From assembly GCA_030167865.1 (NCBI GenBank), contig JALAGF010006090.1, forward strand, positions 62,001 to 102,635: a stretch of 40,635 nucleotides of DNA. The letters run 5' to 3'. Both the position numbers and the translations under genes were made by a program. A model generated the notes under the pieces. That model was not told the DNA's origin. It did not search any database and worked only from the letters and a program-made list of their open reading frames with translations. The DNA comes from Craspedostauros australis (Eukaryota). Of the stretch, positions 21,401 to 32,538 are shown in pieces (positions within the stretch are counted from its first letter, which is position 1; every line of letters begins with the position of its first letter).

Positions 21401-22970
21401 AACCCCGACTGCACTGGCAGTGGCGGGGGAGGGGGTCCCACAGATCCCATACCGACGGTCGATCTCCGCAGCATCACAGACTGCTCCCAGATCGACCCTG
21501 TCTGCCAATTCGATGGGTCGGATGAACCATGCAACGAGATGATGAACGACTGCGATGAGGTGTATTACTCTGTAATGACGTGCGCGATCGGGTGCCGAGA
21601 TGCGATCAAAGGAAGCAACTGCGAGAAGTACCTGAACCAGGCGTTGGATGAGAACAGCACATGCATCACTGGGCCAGATCTTGAGCTCTGCCTCCAGCTT
21701 GAGAAGGAGGAGGGCTGCGACATCCTGGAAGTCGAGTCATGTCCGATGACCTTCATGTGCGCAGACAATCCATGGGAAAAAGCATCGCCAGTGACAACAT
21801 CTTGTCCGTCCGCAGGCCAAAGATGCATGGATGCAGCTGGTGAAGCCGAATGTAAGCGGCTCCAAGAGGAAGGCTGCGAGGAGATCATCATTGATGCTGA
21901 CTGCGCAGTGACTTGCTTCTCGTCCACAACCAACCAGATCTTCATTCTCGAAGATGATGGGAACAGCACCTTGGACATCTTGGGCAGCGTGGAGTTCGGA
22001 AAACCCAACGAAGGTGAGTATTCGAGTGTTGCGGGATGCGGCGGCTCTTGAACTCGTATTTGACATGTGCCTCCATCTCCCATTGTCGAAGCGTGAAGGT
22101 TTCTTGCATGGCGTTGAGCCTTTCCCTGAACGTGCACTGGCAATCCACTCACGCCCCACTCACATTACGCCATGCATTCATGTATTCACGCCGCCCTCTG
22201 GGCCATCGCCATCCCTGTGTCGGCACAAATACGCTTACCACCGTCAATGCTTTTCCTGCTCTCTGCGCTGATGCAACCTCAATCATCCCAAAGACATCAC
22301 GGCCATGCTGTTCCGAAAGGAGAGAGTTTATGCCGTGACATACGAACGCAAGGACCCTCTTTACATTATCGACCTCAAGAACGCAAGCGATCCCACCATC
22401 ATCGGTGCGCTGGAAGTCCCAGGGTACTCGAGCTACCTTTACCCCATCAATCAAGCCAGCACCATGCTGCTTGGAATTGGGCAGGATGCCGAGGGTAATG
22501 GAAGGCCCATCGGTCTGAAGCTCAGCATCTTCGACGTGGAAAATCCAGACGAGATGAAGGAAGTCTACACCTACTCCGAGGTCAACCAATGGAGCAGCGC
22601 CGAGCACGACGACAAGGCCTTCCGCTACCGCAGCGAGGGCGATGGTGTCGGCACCCTCGTCATCCCCGTCACCAGAAGGCGCAACAACGGTGATGGCACC
22701 ACCGATTGGTTCGACGGTTTCGTCGCGTTTTCCATCAACGCCGCGAGCGGTATTGAATACCTCTACGAGATCAACCACGTCGAAGACCCGAACGCTTGCT
22801 TCTACTGCATGCCTCTGGCCATGCGCAGCTACGTCATCGACGGCAACGTCCTCACGCAGAAGGGGTACTCCATCGTGTCCACCGACATTGACGCCGGCAC
22901 CCAAAACTGGAACCTCCAATTCAAGACAGGTGGGGATCCGGAATCATGCTGCCATTGGTTCGATTTTTGA
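18401..22970 (+). CDS. Type II membrane beta-propeller protein (COG4880 / Beta_propel-type) with a large Cys-rich insertion; exons 18401-22013 and 22294-22970, 1429 aa
   Basis: Family motifs are YGTNNQEENVDETDVSKSDG, HSIDNEGTQLRVATT and NQIFILE. Splicing G|gtgagt (22014) to aag|AC (22294) gives KPNEDITAMLF.KERVYAVTYERKDPLYIIDL..ASDPTIIGALEVPGYSSYLYP, then GLKLSIFDV and SSAEHDDKAF. The TM anchor is KKRTYLLAAAALVVIIAAILTGVLV. Confidence 0.85.
20429..21916 (+). repeat. Protein-level array of nine 6-Cys modules (four 12-Cys units plus a half unit, 54 Cys)
   Basis: Units at 20429-20710, 20774-21058, 21116-21412 and 21482-21760 each have 12 Cys. The unit at 21803-21916 has 6. Units are separated by Pro-rich linkers (DPIPGPVEF, DPPFPVKF, DPIPTVDL). 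Confidence 0.85.
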
Positions 22971-23235
22971 GCAGCGCGGTGACGGTGCGCACTGACGCTT
23001 CCAATTCCACATGAGGCTGCACTTGCAGGCCAACTTTTCCACGACAACACCACTATCTGCACACCCTGCATGATTCATCTTGCTTGCATTAGATTTGCAA
23101 CGTCTCTTCATGAATTCCATCAGCCCTTCATTGGATGTGAATTTGGCTGAGGCGGCAACCACTGCGATCCGGTTCATTGCAACGCAATCGCAGTCGAGGA
23201 GGCCAAATCCATACGATTAGTAATAATGAAGCCAT

Positions 23236-24300
23236 TCATACGAAACTTGATGCTACCTCGTTATCACCACAATCGCTGTTGGCTTTGGGATCTTGCCTCG
23301 TCGTGCCCTTGCCTTGCTGTGGTGAATCAGCCGAAGTTATCAGCGGCTCCATGTCGTCATCCGAACCAGCAGACTCAGTTGGTCTGATCGGGAGCTTCCT
23401 CTGCTGCTGCTTTGTCGTTCGACCCCTGTCCCCGCCATTCTCATTGCCAGTCACACCCACCTGATGCCCCCTGCCAAAGAGGAACACCTTGATGAATTCT
23501 GCGACGTGCCCGACCCACTGGCACACCAACTTGGCCCCCTGTTGCACGGACGTGGTTATCCGCGAGACGATGCCGGATGACGATGCCAACGTGCGTCCCA
23601 AAGAAGGCAACGTCGGCGTCGCGACGAAGTTCGGCATCCTCGCCAATCGCGTCAGGTAGGATGATTCCAGATTCATGAGCGTCGTCTCGTGTACGCGAAC
23701 GAACTCAAAGTATCCATGCGCTTCCGCCGTGCCCGTGAGGATGCCGACGAGGTGGCCCAGGAAGGAGAGGTTGGGCATGATGAATTGCAGGACGACGAGC
23801 AAGGCCCATGGATAGACGTAGGCCGGGACGGTGGTGAAGCCGAAGAGGCTGCGAGATTGGTTGGGATTGTAGTTGCATTCCAGCACGCTCATGTGGAAGA
23901 TGATGCCGGAGAATCCCACAGCATGCTGGTGCACCCAGTGGTGGTACCTGAAGACGATGGACGCGATGTAGGCGATGGTGATGTAGAGTGTGGAGGTGAA
24001 AAGGATGGAGTAGAGGATGGAGTTCATGTACCGCAGCGTGCCCATGCGCTTCTCGATGTTGGGGCTGATGGCGAAGGTGGACATCATGTTCATGCCGATG
24101 TGCATGAGGCCGCCGTGGAAGAGAGTGGAGGTGAGCATGCGGTAGTACTGGTGGTTGCGGATGACGAGCCTGGGGCACATGGTGAAGTGGTGCAGCGGCC
24201 AGTCGAAGAGCGCTTGCAGGACGAAGAGAGAGATGCAGGTCACCATGAAGAACAGCGTCGTCAGCGGCGTTGACCGCACTAGCTCGTGAAAGCGGCTCAT
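23236..24300 (-). CDS. Rhomboid-family intramembrane serine protease (RHBDD1/RBL-like), 354 aa
   Basis: Contains YYRMLTSTLFHGGLMHIGMNM, the catalytic serine motif AVGFSG and the catalytic histidine motif SFLGHLVG. It has about six hydrophobic helices. Confidence 0.9.
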   Translation of the reverse strand: MSRFHELVRSTPLTTLFFMVTCISLFVLQALFDWPLHHFTMCPRLVIRNHQYYRMLTSTLFHGGLMHIGMNMMSTFAISPNIEKRMGTLRYMNSILYSILFTSTLYITIAYIASIVFRYHHWVHQHAVGFSGIIFHMSVLECNYNPNQSRSLFGFTTVPAYVYPWALLVVLQFIMPNLSFLGHLVGILTGTAEAHGYFEFVRVHETTLMNLESSYLTRLARMPNFVATPTLPSLGRTLASSSGIVSRITTSVQQGAKLVCQWVGHVAEFIKVFLFGRGHQVGVTGNENGGDRGRTTKQQQRKLPIRPTESAGSDDDMEPLITSADSPQQGKGTTRQDPKANSDCGDNEVASSFV

Positions 24301-24966
24301 GTTTGGTTCGTCTTCTGCTTCTTCCTGTTGCTGCTGTATTTGTTGCTGCTGCTATTGTTACTGCTATTGTTGCTTCCAGAGTGTTGCTTTGACTTGGTGG
24401 CATCAAGGAATGACAATGACAAAGGTAGAAGTGCCGCTGTCGCTTGATGATTGTCGTGTTAGTTGTGGTCATTCGAGGAGGACGGCGAATGAGAAAAGGG
24501 CGTTCAAGGTATCGTATCGTGTCGTGAAAGGTGTCTGCGAACAACCCGAAAACGAGATTGGGGTTTTTCACGATGGCGCCCAACATCCGCAACAGGGTCC
24601 CACCCAGCGCACGAAAACAAACACGCAGCAACAATGAATGGCAGCCACTTCCTTGGCTGATTTGCTCTCCTAACAACTGCACTTACGCATGCAGTGGTGC
24701 AGAACTGTTGTATATTATGATAATAGAATATAATTGTTTCTGTTTTCAACTATTGTTATGATCATGCATGCTGTGGCCAACGTGCAGGAGAGAGAAGAAC
24801 AGCACGGTTGACGGGCGCCCTTGCACGAGCTTGTCCGGGCGTACAGTATTGGCATGCCAGCTGATGCCGGTCATGAGGTGGCATATGCACTCGCGGCGTC
24901 TGTATGGCATATACTTGGCCAATATTATCATTTCGAGCGCTCCACTCTCCTTGCCTCTCTCTGTCT

Positions 24967-26750
24967 CTAGACGATTCCCATTCCATTGTGGGATGGGAGC
25001 ACCAGCGGCGTTGCGTTCTTGACGGCGAGGTAGTAGTACCAGAAGAAGTCGACCATGAGAACCAGCTGGATGAATTGCGCGAACAGAGCGAGGTATCCTG
25101 GCAGGGTGGATCCGTCGGCGCTGGCAAGCTCGTGGTAGCTGTAAATCCAGAAGAAGAACTCCATGACGCGTCCAAATCCCAAGGCCGCGACGAAGTGGGC
25201 TGTCAGCAATTCGACGACGCCGGACGCCTGCTTTTGGAACATGAATAACTGCGGGACGAGCGCTGCTGACTCGAGGAACATGGCGTACGTCCATGCCGTG
25301 TCGCTCATGAAGTCAGCATTGAGATTGGGGTGGACGAAGATGGCAAGCAGCAGGATGGGGACGGCGAGGTATATGGCTCCGAAGCCTGGTGGGACGTGCA
25401 GCTCTCCGAAGCTGTCGAGCTCTGCCTGGTAGGTGTGCTTGTACGGCACCAGGCAGGCCCAGAGCGCCGTCGAGGTGAAGACGAGCGACATGATCTCGAT
25501 GATGTGGTACAACCAGTCACCGGACTTGTCGTACGGCAGGTAGCCCTCGTGGCGGATGATGGATGTGAGGCGGAAGAAGAAGACCAGACAGTACAGCTGC
25601 AGCGTTTTGAGGGAGACGCCCGAGGCGCGCTTGCTTTTGAATGTCTTGAAATTGAGAATGCCAAACCCAAACATGCGCGCCATGGCTCCGTACGTCATGA
25701 GGAAGGAGAAGTCGCCACCCGAAAGGAATTGGTAAATGAGTAGCGATGCTGTGAAGAAGCCTGCCCAGATGAGGACATGCTGGTTGAGCGACTGCAAAGC
25801 GATGCTCTTCTTTCCGTTCTTTGCCTTTTCTTCTTCTGATTTTTCATTGCCCTGTTGCACGCATGTGGTGATGTGATATCGTTGCATATGTGAATTGCAT
25901 GCATTGGAATAGTGCATTTGTTTGTGGTTGGCATCGATTTGGAGTGGTGAACATGAGTTTGGTTGGCCAGCGTTTGCATAAGGCATCAGCGGAGATGATG
26001 GGCACGGCACAATCGTCATTGTTTGTGGTGTGTTTGTGCGATCGCATTTATTGCGGCAGTCCGAGTTGCAGTTGTGGTTGTGGTGTTGTTGAGGAAGAGG
26101 CGAGTCATTGTGGCGTTGGCAATGTGGTATTGGCAATGTTGGTGGAGGGTGAGAGACCGAATCTGGCAGAAATCTTGCATCCAGGCAGACTAATCAGGTC
26201 GGCAAATGGCGGCAGTAGTGGTGGCATGTGCTTCCACGATTGTGATCTTGTGTGTGCTTCCACGATCGTGTATCCGCAGGCACAAACAGGTCATTACTGA
26301 TTGCTCGGCTCGATTCACGTTTGATCATGGCGCCATCCTCCAAACAGGCCTCCATCCATGTTTCAGATACGCTCGCATATGATTGCATGTTGTTGCATGT
26401 TGTTGCATATGATTGCATGTTGTTGGATGGAGGAATGAATGCCACCAAGCGCGCACGAATCAGTAGAACGCAGCATGCAGGCCGCCAATGAATCTCACCT
26501 GGTATGCATCCGGCGTTCCTCCGTAGGCACCGTACTGCGATCCGTAGGTGGCGCCACCGGCTCCTCCCGATGCGTACGATGGGGCTGCTGCTGCGCCGCC
26601 GTAGCTGGGACCGCCGCTGCTGTAGCTAGGCGCCGCGTATCCAGGTGCGGCACCGCCAGGTGGAGCAGCGTAGCTCTGGGCACCGGCGCCGCCGTATCCA
26701 CCGGAATTGGCCTTGAAGCCGTGGCGACCGTAGGGGCCCTCCGATGACAT
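24967..26750 (-). CDS. ER lumen protein-retaining receptor family (ERD2/KDEL receptor-related), 378 aa; exons 26750-26499 and 25851-24967
   Basis: Motifs GVSLKTLQLY, WTYAMFLESAALVPQL and QLVLMVDFFWYY. A phase-0 intron (CAG|gtgaga at 26498 to caacag|GGC at 25851) joins a Gly/Tyr/Ala-rich first exon. An extra N-terminal TM is present, as in ERD2-related proteins. Confidence 0.88.
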
Positions 26751-27051
26751 GGCCGTGTATCTTCTCTTGCGGTCTTATTGGCGTGTGGTTGCTGTCTTGT
26801 TGGCGTATGTGTGGTTGGTGTATGTGTGTGCGTATGCGCGTAGTGACACGTCTATGAATGCGTCTACTCTACTCGTGTGGATGGAGGTCGGAGGCTTTGC
26901 AGATTGCGATCGCTTCGGTGCGATGTGCCGCTTTTGTGTGATGGATGTCCGTGCGAGCGCAATGATCGGGCGATGTGCGGTGGTGCTGTCCTGACTCTTC
27001 GGTTCCAGTCTTCCTCGTGCGCTCTCCTTGTTTGGTTGCCTTGCTTCTTTG

Positions 27052-27062
27052 TTTGGCGGGAA
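27052..27062. promoter_or_regulatory. E2F-like element TTTGGCGGGAA about 300 nt upstream of the ERD2-like start
   Basis: The motif is read directly from the sequence. The same core recurs at 32279 and 35471. Confidence 0.35.
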
Positions 27063-27913
27063 TGTGAGGGTTGACAAATGACGCGAAACGCAATCAAAAT
27101 GTCGGATTGCCCAAATGGAAAAATTTGGGGACGTTCGTACAAACTGATCGCGGTTTCTGATGGGGATTATATCAATGTGTATTAAGGTATTCCTAGCGTT
27201 TATACCAAAACCAAAGACTCGGTTTTTTGGCAAGGCTTCACAATTTGGTCCAGTGACTCAAAACAGACCAAGACTCGTCGACCAAAATTCGAAGCCTTGC
27301 TGACGTCATGAGGTGGCAACCAAGAAGGAAAATAACTGGTAACATCACGAGTGTAGGATGGAGAACTTGGAGATAGTCGTATGCAGAGCGGGCCGACCAG
27401 CTCGTACTCCTTGGGTGGCGTGCCCTACTTGCAGAGGCAACAGCGTTGGGATTGGGCATCTTTCCATACTATTATATGATATTATATGTACCATTCATGT
27501 TGACTCTTGAGCGTAGCAGATCAAACCAAACGCAGATGGATTGGGATATGGCATGCAGTGTCGAACGTAATGTATCGGTCTCATCTCGAGGAGATCTGAG
27601 TTTGGTGTGCCATACCCGCGAGTACCCGAATGTGATCGAGCATGCCAGTCATATCTTGCATATCTCCGCATTCTTCCATGGACTCCGCGTCGCCATGTTT
27701 CCTTTATGCTTGTGCTGCGGTCTACTATTATGTGCAGCCGCATTGAGTTGGAGGCTGCATTGCAGTGTTAAACGTCCGTATGCACCGTCTCCGGCGATGA
27801 TCTCTTGGTTGCCATTCTCCTGCGGAACCCGCGCAGCATATGACATGCCCTGGCTTGACTCGTCGGTGCCGATGCGAAATAGAATGAATCACACAACAGA
27901 GCAGTGGAGCAAT

Positions 27914-28266
27914 CTACTGACGCTTCCGAGTCTTCTCCATGCAAAAGCTCTCCAGGTATTTTCGGGCGGGTTGCAGCAGTCCGCTCATGACGTTGATCAC
28001 GAGCAATGCGTACACGGCGACTCCGAATCTGCCCATGTTCGTGGTGGGTGTGAGGTTGCCGTATCCAATGGTAGTGCCTGTCATTCCGTACGAGTACGTG
28101 CAAGTAAGCATGGCGTGTGTCATGTATCATGAGCGCGTTGTGGTATTCGTTTTGCGTATGTTGGTGGAGCAAAATGGTGCAGAGCATTCAGAGGTCAGTA
28201 TCGTATGGAATGATGAAACAGTGTCAAAGGATGACCATGAGAGCATTCAAAGGAGACAACATACTT

Positions 28267-28297
<31 letters not shown>

Positions 28298-28949
28298 TCC
28301 TGTCTAATTGTGTCGTCGTTCTCCATTCATCTTCCATCACATGATCTCGTGTGTTGCATTGCAGCACCCGCATGGCATCAAGTCACATCAAATTATTCGC
28401 AATGTAGTCCAACGCAACATACTGCGAGCGTTGGTGTGGACATCACACCTCACATTATTCACACTCACCAGTAACGATGCTGAGATGCATGGCCTCCGTG
28501 TAGGACATCTCCTCGACCGTCGAGAACAGACCAACGCCCAACGCCAAGGTGAGGCTCGAGATGGTGGTGATGCCACCGGGCACGGAGTCCTGCCACGACG
28601 AGGTCAGCGTCATCATGGGCCCGCAGAAGAATCCCAACCCGCCGAAGCACAGCATGAGGATGAAGACGCGGCCCACGACGTCGGGATCGGCCGGGCAGAT
28701 GTCGCCGAACCCGACGGTCGTCAAGGTGATGACGGCGCAGTAGAAGGCGTTGACGAGACGGTGTCCGCCGGCCTCCTCCAGGATCATGCCCGGGATGAAG
28801 TAGAAGCCGAACATGCCAAACAGGACGAGCGCCGCGCCCAGCGCCACGACGCGTTCGGTGGCCAATTTGGGTTCGGAACCGCTGCTGGGCGTGGCCTTGC
28901 GTCCAGGCGACGGCGTGGCCAGTGCGGGAGATGGGTCGGACGACGACAT
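27914..28949 (-). CDS. Two-pore-domain (4TM/2P) potassium channel, 214 aa; exons 28949-28469 and 28077-27914
   Basis: Pore 1 is NAFYCAVITLTTVGFGDICP. Pore 2 is rebuilt across a phase-1 intron (G|gtgagt at 28468 to gacag|GC at 28077) as AMHLSIVTG-TTIGYGNLTP. Four TM helices are present. Confidence 0.9.
28272..28297. repeat. (CT)13 microsatellite in the K+ channel intron
   Basis: Read directly from the sequence. Confidence 0.95.
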
Positions 28950-30313
28950 GTTGCGGATGGTGGCTCTGGGCGGCGACGATAGAACGGGCAACGGATGGGG
29001 AATGGGGCTGTACGTGTGCGTGTGCGATGTTCGGAATTGGTCAGGATCAATCGCCTCAGGATCTGGGGTGCTGGGACGTGATCTGATATTCTTCGAACCG
29101 TGGGAGAAGGGGGTTGTGCTCGAGATGGTTGCTGTGCCTGCACTTGTTATGTGCTCTTGTTGCGTGCTTTGCTCTTGTCGATGCTGACAATGGCGATGTT
29201 GACGATGTTGACAATGACAATGACGATGGTGGAGATGGTGATGGTGGTGGTAGACAGGAGGTAGATGGTGGGGTCTACTTTGTGTGTCGAGTTGCGCTGC
29301 AGTCGTGCGGATCGTGTTGTGACTGATTGCGAATCCGCGAAGGCTGTCGTGATGTGAGGCAACGAGGACGGGGTTCTCACGAACAAACACAACACAACGA
29401 CAGCAAGTTCCCCAACACCAAGACAGCGCCAACGCTGCCGCTGTGTTCGTTTCGAGGCGAACAAAAGATCCCAGAAAACGAACCGTTGTACGAACAATCG
29501 AGGACAACTTTCCAAAGGAGCGGAGAGCACGATGCATCAACAATGACCTTCTCTTCGCCACTCTTCAATCCGTCACAAGGCTTTCCTTCAGCTACTAGAA
29601 ACACACATGCACATGCAATAGAATAATGGAATGTTGTAATGGACGATGAAAGACTTCAATGAATTGTTAGCTCTGCCAGTTGCGGAGCTCATATATGTTT
29701 CATGCATTTGTAGAGTGGAACAGAGAGAGTAGACCGACGTGAGCAGAGTTGGTGTCGCATCGATTTACGCCGTCTTTCGCGCATCTCCATGTCTCATTGT
29801 CTCCATCTCGCTGTGTCTGTGCGTACTCCTTTGTGTGGGTATTGTATATTACAGATGGCTCCAGCACGAGTAGAAGCCACCGGTCGGTTGGTTGATTCTG
29901 CATCATGCATGACTGTGTTGGTTTGCTTGTTGGTTTGCTTGTTCGTTCACATCCGTATCCCACGAATCATCAGCTGGCTGCAAGCACAATCCCCGCAGAT
30001 ATGACAACCGATAGTTTGGGGGCACGACATGGAATGTTGAGTCCGAGTGCGGGGGTCATGGTTGCGCACCTGCATGCGCATGAGCAACATGCAAGAACAT
30101 TGCGCAACTATCATTGGTACTCCATGAACTGTCGCAAAATCGAATGTCGCCTTGGATGGATGCCGTGCCCAGGTGTATTGATGGGAAGGCACCATGGAAG
30201 ATAATATAGCCCATCGAAGAGTTCGTTCATGGACTTTGCTTGAGACGGAACCAAGCAGAACGTCGATCAGAAAATGCAAGCCGTTTCCCATGCCCCCAAC
30301 TGTCGCGCCCTGC

Positions 30314-31779
30314 TCATTCGTCTTTTTTCGTTTCTGCAACCGATGTGGCCTTGGCGGCAGCCGTGGCGAGCTCTCCGGTTGCGGAGGCCAATTCGGAAGC
30401 GATGGCATCAGCGGACTGTGACGTGGAAGAAACAAGACAGGATGGTTCCAACGTGAAGGTGGCAAGCAAAACAGGCATAGGTGAGAATGCATGTGTTCAA
30501 GCATGGCATGCACAGGGCAGAGCATCCAGATGCAAAAAAAGAAGAATGGCATGAAAGAGCAACGGCATTGTCGTCCTCCTTTCTCACTCTCTTTCGGTGT
30601 CGTCATTCATTGGATCGGCCATAGATTGCTTCGTTTGTTTGTTTGTTTGTTCGTCCATTCATTCATGCTGGACACACACATGATGCACTGACCTTCTTGG
30701 CATCGGCCATGGCAGCATCGATTCTGGATTCGTTCTTCTTGAGGAAATCCTTGAGGAAACTGTCGTAGAGGAACTTGGCGCCCTTGGTTTGTGGGAGCAT
30801 GGCCCAGAGCAGGAAGGCGAGCTTGAAGGCGTAGTAGAATGGGATCCAGTAGATCAGGAAGTCGATGAAGGATTCAATGAGGGAGAAGAAGGCAAAGACG
30901 ATCCAGTACACGAGCCACTGGACGTCATCGCCGCGGTTCTTGGTCTCGATGGCCTCAAAGGACTTGAAGGCTGGGTAGACGAATCCCACCATGCTGCAGA
31001 GCACGCCTGCCCCGACCCCTGCGAAGATGAAGACCACCATCAGGACCACCACTCCCACGACCATCTGCTCCTTTGGGATCTTGACTGTTTTCTGTCGATG
31101 TTGTTGTTGTCATATTGTCGTTTTGGGTGGTGGTGGTGATGATGACGACACACGCGGAAAGTGGAGCATTTGATACCGCCGCATGATTGTGAAGCAACGC
31201 AGATCGAGGCCAAACCGATTCCCAGACCATCAATGCGCAGTAGTACATGCACCATAGGTTCCATCGTGATGTGACATCATCATTTGGTGACGAGCGGAGA
31301 GAAGGAGGTCAAATTCATGATTGAAAACGGTATGTGAGGTGATTTTCATTTCTACCATGGTGGAGATTGCGTCCGAGCATCCATCTGATGCCCACTGCTT
31401 GCACTGCAACACCATTCAGTGCGCAATTGCCCATTCCATGTCCACGGTCGCTTGTGGTGTGAATACGATTGTGCCTGTCGTGACGAAGTGCCAAACGTGG
31501 GACAGAACATCTCCATCGTCCTGCACGCAGTAACAACCACGCAGAAGGACTGCCGTGCATCGTAGTCGTGCACACCATACCCCATTCGGCTGCATGCCAG
31601 CACGGGGCATGGCATCATGCGCCATCGCAGCGCGCTTTGATCAGAACTGTCCTGCAGCGCCAACTTGAAGCATACAATACACCATGGCATTGTACAACAC
31701 ATACCTCTGCCTTGTCCAAAGCCGGAATCGAATCCAGCTTCGTGCGGAGATCTCCCATCTTTTCCTGAACGGTATCCAT
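30314..31779 (-). CDS. REEP5/DP1/Yop1 (TB2/DP1/HVA22) ER-shaping protein, 191 aa; exons 31779-31705, 31091-30693, 30415-30314
   Basis: Contains VGFVYPAFKSFEAIE...DDVQWLVYW...IPFYYAFK...LPQTKGAKFLY. Two phase-0 GT-AG introns join MDTVQEK...DKAE to KTVKIPKE and then to a last exon ending KKDE*, a di-lysine ER retrieval signal. Confidence 0.92.
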
Positions 31780-32258
31780 CTTGGAGCAATGTAGTTGGGC
31801 TTGTAGAATATAATACGTATGTGTGGTTGTGATAGGTGTAGCTGTGGCTGGAGTGTGCGGAGTCGTCAACTCTACTTCAATCGGATTGCTTGTGATACCT
31901 TTGCTTTGCTTGTGTTGTGCTTGCAATGTGAATGCTCCGGTGTGGGGGCGAAGGTGGTGTTGCTGGACGAGGATCGAGGGAGATCCCCTCTCTCTCCCTC
32001 CTCCTTGTTGTTTGGCGGAGCGCGAGGAGTGGAGTTCGCACAAGCGCAGTGTTCTCCCGTTCTCGTTTTTGGTTGTTCTGTTTTTGGTTGAGGCGAATTC
32101 GGGGGACCCTTCGCCTAATTCGGGGATTTTTCTGTCGACACAACAACAGGGGGCGCGGGTTTGACTCTCCCTTTATTTTGGGGACTCATGGAAGTCCAAA
32201 ACCAGCACATATCGATCACTTCGACTTGATCTGAAGGTACATCGGTAGCTTCTTTATT

Positions 32259-32288
32259 TTTGGCGCGAGTTTGGATTGTGGCGGGAAA
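32259..32288. promoter_or_regulatory. Pair of E2F consensus sites in the divergent REEP5/RPA2 promoter
   Basis: TTTGGCGC (32259-32266) and GCGGGAAA (32281-32288, TTTCCCGC on the minus strand) both match TTTSSCGC. They lie about 250 nt upstream of a DNA replication gene. Confidence 0.55.
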
Positions 32289-32538
32289 TTCTGCACGAGC
32301 AACAAGACGAAGAGAAGAGACCACAAGAGACGACGATGAAGCACGACAATCACACCACACAAACGCGAATGCACACGTCCACACACCTGTCCACGCTCAA
32401 GTGTGGCACAAAAACGAATGACACAACAACACCACACAACCAAAACAGAAATCAACAAGAGACCAACCCAAAACGCAACACGACAGAGAAAGAATCAATC
32501 AATCGAGCAATCCAACCATCAATCAACGAGGTTTCATC

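Noticed and set aside
25852..26136. ORF-track N-terminus (MPIPHCQ...) of the ERD2-like protein
   Set aside because: It lies within the predicted intron and is the translation of CA-rich low-complexity sequence.
26227..26426. Short direct repeats (TGTGCTTCCACGAT x2; GCATATGATTGCATGTTGTT x2)
   Set aside because: These are intronic slippage duplications with two copies and no spacer structure, so not CRISPR-like.
28950..29561. His-rich N-terminal extension of the K+ channel
   Set aside because: It derives from trinucleotide-like repeats typical of the 5' regions in this window. It is not fully excluded, because an ATG exists at 29537.
32091..32125. AGGCGAA/TTCGCCT inverted repeat overlapping AATTCGGGG x2
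   Set aside because: It is too short to distinguish from chance, and no ncRNA fold was recognised.
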